Shown: positions 52,548 to 64,000 of the stretch, one piece after another
Position numbering within the stretch: the first letter of the stretch is position 1
Layout: each line of letters starts with the position of its first letter
DNA from: Octopus bimaculoides
Lineage: Eukaryota
Reading direction: 5' to 3'
Length of the DNA stretch: 64,000 nucleotides
Assembly (NCBI RefSeq): GCF_001194135.2
Contig: NC_068981.1
Coordinates: 40,434,198-40,498,197 of the forward strand
Position numbers and translations under genes: made by a program
Notes under the pieces: model-generated
What the model was told of the DNA's origin: nothing
The model's input: the letters and a program-made list of their open reading frames with translations, nothing else
Database searches by the model: none

Positions 52548-52696
52548 CAAATAGTAAATGAGTATATGCATATATACGTACAGGTATGTGCATACCAACA
52601 TCCACCTGTATGTATAGGTGCATATCTGGGTACAGGACATTGCAAACAAAACGTAGACGAGAAAACACACAAGCCACATAGAGAACATTTTTCTTC

Positions 52697-52953
52697 NNNN
52701 NNNNNNNNNNNNNNNNNNNNNNNNNNNNNNNNNNNNNNNNNNNNNNNNNNNNNNNNNNNNNNNNNNNNNNNNNNNNNNNNNNNNNNNNNNNNNNNNNNNN
52801 NNNNNNNNNNNNNNNNNNNNNNNNNNNNNNNNNNNNNNNNNNNNNNNNNNNNNNNNNNNNNNNNNNNNNNNNNNNNNNNNNNNNNNNNNNNNNNNNNNNN
52901 NNNNNNNNNNNNNNNNNNNNNNNNNNNNNNNNNNNNNNNNNNNNNNNNNNNNN
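52697..52953. other. Assembly gap
   Basis: Run of N. Confidence 1.
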
Positions 52954-53427
52954 AGGATTATTGACCGGAAGCATGACCATGCCGGTGTAAGGGGAAGAGA
53001 GAGAGAGTGGTAGAGGGAGAAACAAAGGGAGGAAGTAGAAGAATAGGTAAGCAATGAGAGGAAAAGAGAAAGAGAGGAAGTACGAGGGGGGAAAAGGAGA
53101 TACATAGTAGTAACAGAGGAAGAACAAGAGGGGTAAAGAGAGATACGTAGTAGTAAACAGAGGAAGAACGAGAGGGGGAAAAATTGAGGAGGAAGAGAAA
53201 GAGAAAGAGATAGAGTAGCGTCGGAAAATATAAAGTTACGAAGTGGTAGTATATGTATGTATATTGATAGCATTAGTCAAGCATAAAGTTTATTTTGTTC
53301 TTTAGATATTAAATTCTTGTGTTACAAGAATGGGGTTTTGTTTAAAAACTCACCCATTTTTTGACCAATAGTAGTGTTACAATATTCATAGTTTACACTG
53401 GGATCACTGTATAAGATTTCTATATAC

Positions 53428-54112
53428 AGGCACAGGTGTGACCGTGTGGGTAAGAAATTTGCTTCCCAACCACATGGTTCTGGATTCAGTCCCACTGCAT
53501 GGCACCTTGGGCAAGTGTCTTCTGCTATAGCCTCAGGCCAACCAAAGCCTTGTGAGTTGATTTGGTAACCAGAAACTGAAAGAAGCTCATCGTGAGATCT
53601 TTGGAGATATGCTGTGATTGAGAAGACCCAGCAAATAAAGTGGGATCATAGCCATGGCAGATTCCAGTGTCACATAACCAGCCCATTTAAAAGTGCCCTT
53701 GAATTATCAGGTAATATGCTGCCTGTTGAGTCAAGCGAAATTGTAGTCATGGTTGATGTCAGTGCTGCCTCACTGGCACCTGTGCTGGTGGCACATAATA
53801 AGCACCTTTCGAGCATAGATCAATGCCAGTGCTGCCTGACTGGCTCCCCATACCAGTGACACAAAGAAAGTACCATTCAAACGTAGTTGATGCAAGTGCC
53901 CCCTGACTGGTTCCCATACTGGTGGCACATAAAAAGCACCCACTACATTCTTGGAGTGGTTGGTGTTAGGAATGGCATCCAGCTGTAGAAACCTTGCCAG
54001 ATCAGATTGGAGCCTGGTGCAGCCTACTCGCTTGTCAATCAATCTTCAGTCAGACAATCCAAACCATGCCAGCAGAGAAAACAGGCATTAAACAATGATA
54101 ATGATGATGATA
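53428..54112 (+). mobile_element. SINE family A head followed directly by an RTE ORF end and 3' UTR
   Basis: Head runs to GAAACTGAAAGAAGC (about 53586), then GAGATCTTTGGAGATATGCTGTGATTGAGAAGACC (RDLW.YAV.EKT) and the RTE tail with (GAT)n. Confidence 0.75.
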
Positions 54113-54132
54113 TCATCATATATATATATATA

Positions 54133-54408
54133 NNNNNNNNNNNNNNNNNNNNNNNNNNNNNNNNNNNNNNNNNNNNNNNNNNNNNNNNNNNNNNNNNNNN
54201 NNNNNNNNNNNNNNNNNNNNNNNNNNNNNNNNNNNNNNNNNNNNNNNNNNNNNNNNNNNNNNNNNNNNNNNNNNNNNNNNNNNNNNNNNNNNNNNNNNNN
54301 NNNNNNNNNNNNNNNNNNNNNNNNNNNNNNNNNNNNNNNNNNNNNNNNNNNNNNNNNNNNNNNNNNNNNNNNNNNNNNNNNNNNNNNNNNNNNNNNNNNN
54401 NNNNNNNN
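54133..54408. other. Assembly gap
   Basis: Run of N between (TA)n and (TATG)n. Confidence 1.
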
Positions 54409-54469
54409 TATGTATGTATGTATGTATGTATGTATGTATGTATGTATGTATGTATGTATGTATATGTAT

Positions 54470-54686
54470 ATATGTATATGTTTGCGTGTCCATTTGTCCC
54501 CGCCACCATCGCTTGACAACTGATGTTGGTGTGTTTACATCCCCAGAAATTAGCGGTTCAGCAAAAGAAACTGATCAAATAAGTACTAGGCTAACAAAGA
54601 ATAAGTCTTGGGGTCAGTTTGTTCGATTAAAGGCGGTGCTCCAGCATGGCCACAGTCAAATGACTGAAACAAGTAAAAGTATAAAA
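54470..54686 (+). mobile_element. SINE family A 3' half
   Basis: ATCGCTTGACAAC..TAGCGGTTCAGCAAAAGA..AAGGCGGTGCTCCAGCATGGCCACAGTCAAATGACTGAAACAAGTAAAA. Confidence 0.85.
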
Positions 54687-56488
54687 GGACACTCCTGTTT
54701 TGCATATCATGATAATACCAGAGTTTTGTCTTCTTTTAGTCTTTGCTAAGTTTATTTTGAGGCCTCTTGATTCTAATATTTGCTTCTATGTCAGGAATTC
54801 TTCCCCTTAGTCTTCTACAGATCTGAGTAAAAGAAACCAGCTCATCAGTATGCAGGAGTCCCCATAGGTAGCCAGTCGTGAACTCTTCTGTTATGACAAG
54901 AAATTTGTCCATGTGCTAGCATTTGCTAAAAATTTTGGATCTGGAATTAGGTAGAGCAGTGGAATATTTGGATCTAAAAAGAATGTGCTGATTTTAAAAT
55001 TTGTGTATATTAAATGATACTTGTGTATGTGTGTGTATTCACTATATGTATTGAAATGGCATTAAATTAAAATAGCCATCTATGTGTGGTACTTAATGTA
55101 TAGATACCATCAAAACATGTCTGGCAGTCTTATGAATCACTGCTGTGATATATGTTGTGTTTTTAACACATGTCTGAAAAATGATTTTTTTTCAAACAAA
55201 ATCTACAACATCCTACTTTCAGTCTCATCTGTAAACATACATAATGTACTTTTGAAACATATTCAACACTTGTTTTGTTTAGATGAGTCTATAAATTTAG
55301 TCAATCACATAGAATCTTGTAGAATGTACAAATATGGATGCATTATTTTCTTTCCACCAACTGTCATAGAATATGGTTATGCTTCAATTAATCTGAGTTT
55401 TAAGCCAGTTTGATTCCCAGTTGTGGATATTTTATTTTACTTATATCACTAATACCCTTGAGAAAGTTAAGAACATCAAACAATCTCATTTTCCTTTTCC
55501 CTAAAAATATAACCTTGTGGTGGTTGTAAGCAATCTGTGTTTATTTTGTTAAGTTTGATTGTTTACTGTTCTGAGTTGGAAATATCTCCCACAATCATTG
55601 CTAACATCTTATGGTATGCTATTCCCTGAGGAAACAAACAACTAAGATCTACAAACATGCAACTCAAGTATAAAGGCTTTTGAGCTGGAAGAGTAAAATT
55701 GTCGATGTTTTCTTATGCAGCATATAGTTTATGCTCTTCAACATATTTGGGGTTTTATTTTCGTTTGTTTTTAGTATTTTTTGGCCATTTTACTTATACT
55801 GGTTGGATAGGTTGGTAAATCTAAGCATTTAAATATATTAGGAAAATGTGTTTTTACAGCTGAATTTCTTTCTTTTCATTTGCCACTTTATCACAGATTA
55901 TTTATTGTTTTAGTTAGATAATTTATTATCATTATTATTATTATTATTATCACTGCCATGTTACCAAGGGCTGAGTTTTTGTTTTTGTTTATGCCACATT
56001 TTTTGGCAATAATATTGGTTATTTCCCTCAAGGCTTCTGCATAACTGCAAATTTCACTTTCTTTTTTATTCCACTGGAATACAAAGATAAAATGAGATGA
56101 GTTACATATTTCAACCAATTGTTTATTATTATTTAGTGGATGTATCAGAACTCTCGAATACTTTTCTAATCATCCTAACAACTATGGATTTGTAAATCTA
56201 GGACTGTGATATGTGAGACTACCTTTTTTGTATTTCAAGAACTACATTATTTACTGTGTCTTACCATCCTTGAGATGATAGGGGATGATCTAAGAGGTAT
56301 TTGGCTTCAGGTGATGATAAAGATAGAATATTACAGCTTTTTTTTTTCTGTGTTTTTTTTATAGCTAAAGTAAAATTTCAGTTGTTAATTTGAAGATGAT
56401 TTCTTTTAATCATGTTGGTAAAACACCTACATGATTTCAAAGAAAGATTTCAGTAACATGAATGTCATTTGTTTTTGCTTAGATTTAA

Positions 56489-56708
56489 CCCTTTTGATAC
56501 CAACCTGTCTGAAGCCACCCTTACTTTTATGATACAAATTTCTGGTTTTAAAATAATCTAAGTTAAAATTTTCCACCAAAATTTCAGGTTAATTTATATT
56601 CCAAACACCAATTTAATAAATGACAGTTCTTGAGTAAATTGTTCATTATTTTTAAAATTCATTGAGACAAAGTTGGTATATTTCAATAGAAATATGTTAA
56701 TGAAAGGA
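56489..56708. mobile_element. piggyBac-like MITE, second family
   Basis: TTAA|CCCTTTTGATACC left end; degenerate right end GTTAATGAAAGGA. Confidence 0.5.
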
Positions 56709-57184
56709 TAGATACTTTAATTCACAAGGCCTTTGCTAATTATCTAAATCTTCTTTGCTTTTAATATAAGCTCCACATACTTCATGATACATACTTACAG
56801 TCAGGTTAAGTGAGACCGTGAAGTTAAGTATGTTGGTCATAGTACTAGTGATGGAATATAATCACTGACTCTCAAGCCAGTGTGCCAACATCCTAAAGAA
56901 CTCAACCAGATTTTACAACACTGTCTTAGAATAGAAACATTTCCCTCACCTGCTCTCTTTTTCTCTCTCTCCTCATCCTACTACTTATTAGATTATTATT
57001 GATTTCTCATTACGGTGCAAGCTTGCAAATTTCTAAGGAAGAGGTATATAGTTAACTTTATTGATCTCACTATGTGCTTGTTACTTATTTTAACAATGCC
57101 AGAGTGATCAGAAACAAAGTTAATGCTGACATGATTTGAATCCAAAATATAAAGTAATGAAACTAAATAATTATTTCTAATTTA

Positions 57185-57300
57185 AGTACAGGGCCAGAAA
57201 TTTAGAGGAAAGGGTTATCAAATTATATCAATCCCAGGTGACCTCAGCAGGATTTGAACTTGGAACTTAAAGAACCAAAACAAATACTGCAAAGCATTTT
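57185..57300 (-). mobile_element. SINE family B fragment
   Basis: GTACAGGGCCAGAAATTT..ATCAATCCCAG..CTCAGCAGGATTTGAACT. Confidence 0.6.
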
Positions 57301-57551
57301 GTCTTATGCTGTTGCATCTCTATAAATTCTCACCCCTGACAAAACTAAATAACAGTAAACATCTAATTCAACAGTAATATACCTTTTCTTTCCCAACATT
57401 GCTTCTATTTCTTTCCAAGCCTCACATTTATCTTCTGGTGGAAAAATGATTATGATTATTATGATGTTTGTATGTGTGTTCATATATATATATATATATA
57501 TAGATATATATATATATATATATATGTGTGTGTAAACACATACATACACAC

Positions 57552-58454
57552 GCACACCAGTTTTTGTAGTGATGATAGTGGAGGATATCGACTCCTTACT
57601 TGTTTTTCTAAAATGCACCATAAATATTCAATAATATTGAGATCTGGGGACTATGGTGGCCAGATAAGATGCTCAACTTCACTAGAATGTTCCTCATGCC
57701 ATTCAGTAACAACTTTAGCTGTGTGAATTGGTGCATTATCATCCTGAAAGATTGCACTTCCCTCTGAAAACAGTTCCATAACCATAGGATGAATTTGATC
57801 AGATAAAATGCTTAAATAGTCTTTACTTTTAATTCTGCCATGAAGGAAGACCATTGGGCTGGCGAATTTCCAAGATATAACCTCCCAGATCATCACAGAT
57901 CCTCCTTCATGTTTAACAGTTGGAAGAAGGCAGTCTGGGTCAAATGCTTCTTTTGGCTGTCTCCACACGTATACTCGACCAGTGGTCTGAAACAGAGTAA
58001 AGGATGACTCATCTGAGAAAATAACATTCTTCCACTGATATGGGACCAATTCCATAGGTTTTTACTCCACTCTAAATGCTTTGCAACGTTTGTTTTTGAA
58101 AGTAGTGGTTTTCTGATTGCAGCCCTCCCATGAAATCCAGCTTTGCACAGCTCCTGGTGAACAGTTTTTGTGGAAACTGGGTTCTCAAGGTAGTCATTAA
58201 GCTCTGCAGTAATTTTGTGAGCTGTACTTTTGTGATCCTTTCTAACAATTTGCGTAAGAGTCCAACAGTCCCTATTTGAAGGTTTTGGTTTTCTTCTGGA
58301 GTTTTGTTTTGACGAGAGGGTTTCTCCTTCTTTCTCAAAGGCTGTCATTACTTTCAAGACAGTACTTCTTGAAACAACAAATATTTCAGCTGTTTTCGTT
58401 TGTCACACGAGCATCAACAATTTGACTTCTTTGAAAGTCTGATAGATCTGTCAT
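57552..58454 (-). mobile_element. Tc1-type transposase pseudogene with DD36E spacing (Incomer-like)
   Basis: MTDLSDFQR.. start at 58454; HTH region; WKNVIFSDES; FQDDNAPIH..WPP*SPDLNIIEYLW with 36 residues between D and E; frameshifts and a TAG; 3' end lost in a microsatellite. Confidence 0.9.
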
Positions 58455-58549
58455 TTTAATGAATTTTAATTACCTTTTTCTTATGATATCTGAAAAGAAA
58501 TAGCAATTTTAGGAAAACATATTAAGCAACACTAATAATAAATCAAAAA

Positions 58550-58800
58550 ACATAAAAAGAAACACATAAAAAGCACCATCCGAATGTGGCTGATGCCAGT
58601 GCTGCCTGCCTGGCTCCCTTGCCGGTGGCACGTAAAAAGCACCCATTACACTCTCGGAGTAGTTGGCATTAGGAAGGACATCCAGCTGTAGAAACATTGC
58701 CAGATCAGACTGGAGCCTGTGCAGCCTCCTGGCTTGCCAGTCCCCAGTCAAACCGTCCAACCCATGCCAGCATTGAACACGGACGTTAAACGATGATGAT
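58550..58800 (+). mobile_element. RTE LINE 3' UTR fragment
   Basis: GCCGGTGGCACGTAAAAAGCACCCATTACACTCTCGGAGTAGTTGGCATTAGGAAG..CGGACGTTAAACGATGATGAT. Confidence 0.8.
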
Positions 58801-58959
58801 CATCATCATATACATATTCTTAATATACTCCAACAGAGGTTCAAGCATGAATATGCTAATTGTTGTTGTAATTCATTATTTAACAACAGTTCCATTTAGA
58901 TGTCCATGGTATGTCCTAGTCTTATGACATACTGTAACATTGATGTATACCTTCAAATC

Positions 58960-59293
58960 TTGTGCCTCAGAGAGGCAAGAGACAAGATGGTGAAGCATGA
59001 TCTTCAAATGTTGAGCTTCATGGAGATGATGACAGGTGACCATGGCAATATGCTGTGCTTGAGAAGACTCAACAAGCCAAGTGAAACCATAGTCATGACT
59101 ATGGCACCCATGCTAGTGGTACGTAAAAAACACCCATTACACTCTCAGAGTGGTTGGTGTTAGGAAGGGTATCCAGCCATAGAAACCCTGCCAAATCAGA
59201 CAGGAACCTGGTGCAGCTCTTCAGCTTACCTGTTCCAGTCAAGCCATCTAACCCATACCACCATGGAAAGTGGACATTAAATGATGATGATGA
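58960..59293 (+). mobile_element. RTE LINE: ORF C-terminus plus 3' UTR
   Basis: VKHDLQMLSFMEMMTGD..YAVLEKT C-terminal motif followed by the same tail seen in the other RTE copies. Confidence 0.8.
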
Positions 59294-59384
59294 TGAATAT
59301 GGGTTCATGAAACACTTACTTCATTAGAGTAAGGAGACTATGGATACCCCATAGAGAAAGGGCACTATGGGTTACCTTCAATAT

Positions 59385-59535
59385 GGCCTCTCCAGTTTAT
59401 GCCAACCAAATTTTAATAAAACTTTTGTTAACACAAGGTTATGGTGGAAGGTATTTGCCTAAAGTGTCATGCAGTGAGATTGAACCTCAAAACATGTTAT
59501 TGCAAAGCAAAATCTTTAACCATACTGTTATGTCC
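59385..59535 (-). mobile_element. SINE family A 5' half
   Basis: CAGTTTATGCCAACCAAAT..CACAAGG..TTGCCTAAAGTGTCATGCAGTGAGATTGAAC..AACCATAC. Confidence 0.6.
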
Positions 59536-59754
59536 ACAGCTGGAACTGAGAATTGAAATGGGAGTGTGGGCTTAGCTCATGTAGTGGGTTTATATTCAAG
59601 AATATTTCCCAAGTAGAGCCAGTGAAAAAAAAAACATCATTAAATACCATTGTGTAAGTATGGCTTCTTGGTGAATGGAGTAAAATGTTTTTGATTTAAA
59701 CTGAATATTTTGTCTTATTTATTTATTTAATAAAAGGAAAAAACAAAAACAGAA

Positions 59755-59861
59755 TTCTTAACCTACACATTTTTTCTTTCTCATTTTTCAGGTAAGTGTT
59801 CTGGACTGATTGATATCTTAAAGTTCCATTAACCATCGATCACCTTCTTTGTCTGGTAAGA
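59755..59861 (+). other. Candidate recursive splice site (ratchet point) with a 64-nt cryptic exon (59792-59855)
   Basis: Branch-like TTCTTAAC (59755-59762), 19/20 pyrimidines (59770-59789), CAG|GTAAGT at 59791/59792, downstream donor CTG|GTAAGA at 59855/59856; stops in all three frames. Confidence 0.55.
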
Positions 59862-59962
59862 TGGAATTGATTTTAACTTTTTCAATACTTATTTAAAATT
59901 TGAAAGTTTTAAATATCAGTTACTATTCTAAAACGAACAATAAAAATATTATATATTTCAGT

Positions 59963-59994
59963 TATTATTATCATCATTATTATTATTATTATCC

Positions 59995-60052
<58 letters not shown>
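59963..60052. repeat. (ATT)n microsatellite
   Basis: Direct reading; source of the poly-Tyr ORF 59900..60142. Confidence 0.95.
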
Positions 60053-60053
<1 letters not shown>

Positions 60054-61794
60054 TTGTCTTGTTGTTATTAAATGGTACTGTTTCATTACTCCGCTTAACT
60101 AAAGCATTTCATCTTGGATATTTGCCTTACAGGTTAATGTAATTGGCCATTACTTACATTAGACAATAATTTTTTGTTAACTATTTCCTCATATGTTGAA
60201 AATTTTTCTGTTTCAAATTAGAAGTCAGAAATATTCTAAAATTATGCCTTCACACTTGTTCTATATAGTTAATATCAAAGAATGAATCATCATCTGTTAT
60301 ATTTTTGCTTTATTATTTTCCTTTACTTTTTTTTTTCTAAATTTTCTACACATTCCTTCTCTTAAAACAGAAATTCAGAATAGGCTTTCTGTCAGTTTTA
60401 ACAAAGATTAAACACTCTCTATTTTAATTGAAAATATCTTTAACAGATATTCAATATATATTTTTATCAAAAACAAATAGTTTGATTAGTTTCCTTTTAA
60501 TGTTGTTTTTCAGGATTTTGATTTGTTACAAATTCATTAAGAATTGGAATTAGAAGCTACCCTTAGTTAAAATTAAAAAAAAAAACAATAAAATTAATTT
60601 TATTCTTTATTTCAGAATGTTTAACAACTCAATTTCCTGTTTCTTTTGTTTTGTTTGATTTTTGTTGTTATTTTTTTGGTTTACCCCTTTGGTTCAAGAG
60701 GATTAAAAATTTTAATTTAAGATTTTGTTTTAAGTTTCAGCTTTGATATAAGCATATTACTTTTCATAATACTCTCATAGCTCGAGGGAAATGATAGAGA
60801 GTGTTTCAAGAAAATTACTTGATATATTAAGTATAAACATATGAAAGATGTTTGTATTGAATATATTTATATTCAAAAGTTAACATCAATAACACCAGCA
60901 GAATTTTTGTTCTTGATACAGCAATGTAAAAATTTTCACTCAGTACGGTAAACATATTTCCTTGAATGTCTTACTATCACTACCAAAACTTAAGTTAGCT
61001 TATATACAAGTTTTTTTTAGCTTCCTTTAAATTTTCAATATTATTCTAAAAATGTCTTTGAGACTTGTCCATTTTTATTAACATTATAAAAGTCAGAATA
61101 TCTTTATATTGTTTAATATTTTCTTTACTTTTTGAAGACTCTAGTCATAGTTTTAGTGAAATTTCATCAATACTAATCTGGTAGTAACTCGAGAAAATAT
61201 TTATTGATAAAAACTCATATATTGTGGCTCACTTAACTAAAGACATTTATTGAAGAATATTAAGGATAAAAGTTATAAGAAATTATGCAGAAAAACTTCT
61301 GAATCCTTTTATTTTACTTACCTTTTCAAGAATTTTAATGGAAATGAAAATCTAAAAATTCTTTGATTCAAAATATCATTTCAGTTGAGGAGTTGATGAT
61401 AAATTCAAATCAATCAGTACATGTGAGGTACAGCATGTTGCTAATTACTACAAGCTTATCAATACTAAAACCAGAGAAGATGCTATTCAAAAAGTTAGAT
61501 AAATCCTTTCAGATTCATACTGATTGTAAATTCAATCTTTGCTTTTAATAAATTAATTTTAAAAAATGCATTTTCTTATTTAAACCATTATTTCTAAATG
61601 TTGTTTTTAATATATCATAACTTTAGCATTAAGATTTTAACCTACTTCAGCATATATTGCTACAAAAAAACATGAGCCACATAGAGACAAATAGGTAACA
61701 ATACTTTGGTTCAGTTGGTTAGAAAAAAATACTAATGGCATTATTATTATTATCATTATTATTATTTTGTCTTGTTGTTATTAAATGGTAGTTT

Positions 61795-61907
61795 CATTAC
61801 TCCACTTAACTAAAGCATTTCATCTTGGACATTTGCCTTACATGTTAAAGTAATTGGCCTGTAAGACAAATGTCCAAGATGAAATGCTTTGGTTAAGTGG
61901 AGTAATG
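61795..61907. repeat. Near-perfect 48-bp hairpin within a local duplication of 60045-60147
   Basis: Arms 61795-61842 and 61860-61907 with one mismatch and one G-T pair; 17-nt loop. Confidence 0.9.
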
Positions 61908-64000
61908 GTCAATTATTGATACAACTATGAAAGAATCCCTCTAATCCTTTAGTTCCCAACCATTTCGATGCTCCACACTTCTTTGGAATGTTTAATTACT
62001 TTTCGCTTCCCCTAAAAATGTAATTATTTGAAGAAGGAAAAGTCCAACTTCCGAATATCTGTTTATCTCTGTTTTATTAATGGAACCACATACAGTACTG
62101 TGAGTAAATGAATTTAACTCAAAACCTAAGCTTTTGACTTGATGAATAAAATGCAAATGTAAATTGGGTCAGTAGAAAAATTCCTGTGAACTGAAATCAA
62201 TCACAATTGTAAACAATGATTTCTTTAGTTCCTGCTTCTCATTATATCAAGACTTGAAACTTCCTTCTTGAGATTCTTAGGTCTGCTTGGGAATTCAGAC
62301 AAATTCCTAGATTTTGTTTTGGTTGGCACAAGAGAACTAAATTCAGATTCATATGAATATTTCATTGTATATGGAATAAGAAAACAACTCTTGGTTATAA
62401 TCTCATAAGGGATAAATCAACATATGTAAAATAATGAAGCCCATGGCATGTGATATGTTTAACAGAATAAAGTTCTTTTTAAGAGTTTGTTAATAATTTT
62501 ATTCTTAAAAGTGATTGAAATATGTATATTCTTTCCCCTCTCTGTCATACCTGCTGAAATGCTATCTTGCATCCACAAAGGATATGAACACTCACAATTT
62601 GAAACCACTGCACAGCTCAATGAAAGAAAATATATATATTGTGTATATATATATATATAAGCATTTACTAAAATAATTGGTGTATATATATTTCTGGGTG
62701 GGTTTTTTTTTCTAATATAAATGTTAATTATAATGTATGTTTAAAGTGAGGTAATTGACCAAATGGTTTAATAAAATATAATCTAAAAACATTCAGCATC
62801 TAATTACTGGTTATGAAACTACTATAAAATTTTATTCCTTTTTTTTATTATTTATTTATGAATTTTATGTTTTTAAACTGATATCTATTTTCATTTTTTC
62901 TTTTTGTCAGATATATATGTCCATATTTAAACATAAAAGAACAAAACTGAAACCTGGTTTATTTTAAAGAGACACATTGTTTAGCTTCCTTTTGTATTCT
63001 ATATTTTAACCTATAAATTTACATATATCTAACATCTATATTATGAAGGAATTTCAATTCTAACTATTATGACACTTTCAGTTCAGATTATAATGTACTT
63101 TCAAGCACTCTGTCCTATATTTTGATTGTTGAAACTAGACCACTTAATAAATTCTATTTTTATAGGAAATGAATCATAAATATAACATTACTACTTGTAA
63201 CGTAAGTTACATGGAGGCCAAACCCAGATGTTTCATTAAGAAATTTCATTCATATTTATATCATAGTTAAGATAATATTGTTATTTTGCATGTTATATAC
63301 TTGCATGTTACCAAAAGTTTATAAGTTGGCTATAAGTTTGATGTCTAGGAACTAGCTATTCAATTGACTAAAGTTTCTAGACATAATGGATCATATGTGA
63401 CTACAGTTTAAGTTGGGACAAGCCCAGTATGACACAATGGGGTTATCATTTAATGACAATCAGTTTCCACTCATTGACCCAGATTTCAAGAAGGCTAAGC
63501 TGAAATGCTTTGCTATTACACAGAAATGGAAAAACTTATGAACACTAGTGAGGATAAGGAATAATAGTCTTTTTTTTTTAATTACTTGTGCAAACCAGCT
63601 GAATGATGGTAGTACAAAAAATTTATGTAATGGTAAAAACACTGGAAATTTTAAAAGTTTATAATAATGTTGTGAATTAATTTCCAAAAGAAATTAATAA
63701 TTACAGGTAAAGTCAGATTCTTATATATATCGAAATCTGTCTGCACCAATTCAAATATATTCTCAGAGATGACTTGAGTCAGCTTAAAAAAGTGGAGTGA
63801 AAGTACAAAGTGCTTTTGTGTATATGAAATGTCCTGGATTTGTTAAAATTTCTATTTAATGTGGAAAAATGAATCACTTTCAAGCAATATGTAAGTCTAC
63901 AATGAGAAGGAATTTAAGCTGTTGAAAATAAATATCAAGCAAGTGTTTATGAAATTAGTCTAAATATCCTAATGATATTGTGAAATTTAAAGTTAGTGTT

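Overview
AT-rich, microsatellite-dense eukaryotic DNA with six N-gaps. The repeat families (tRNA-headed SINEs, RTE LINEs with (GAT)n tails) look like those of an octopus or other coleoid cephalopod; that is inferred from repeat resemblance, not proven. I find no intact host protein-coding gene: every ORF in the track is either microsatellite/gap noise or a broken transposon frame. Decayed coding relics include an RTE RT (14.1-15.5 kb), a DD37D maT-type transposase (15.9-16.8 kb), two divergent Penelope-like RT+GIY-YIG elements (27.9-30.9 kb), an R4/Dong-like C-terminus (31.9-32.4 kb) and a DD36E Tc1 transposase (57.6-58.5 kb). SINEs and MITEs are numerous. CpG is retained over about 2-10 kb, which holds a candidate bidirectional promoter near 3.0-3.2 kb, and is depleted elsewhere. 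This fits a long, methylated + strand intron covering most of the window. The best lead is a full-consensus recursive-splice-like site at 59755-59861: branch point, pyrimidine tract, CAG|GTAAGT, then a stop-filled 64-nt cryptic exon. Other leads are a MITE carrying a palindromic (CCCTAA)3/(TTAGGG)n core and a hammerhead-ribozyme-like core at 17.5 kb. Repeat boundaries are by eye and approximate.
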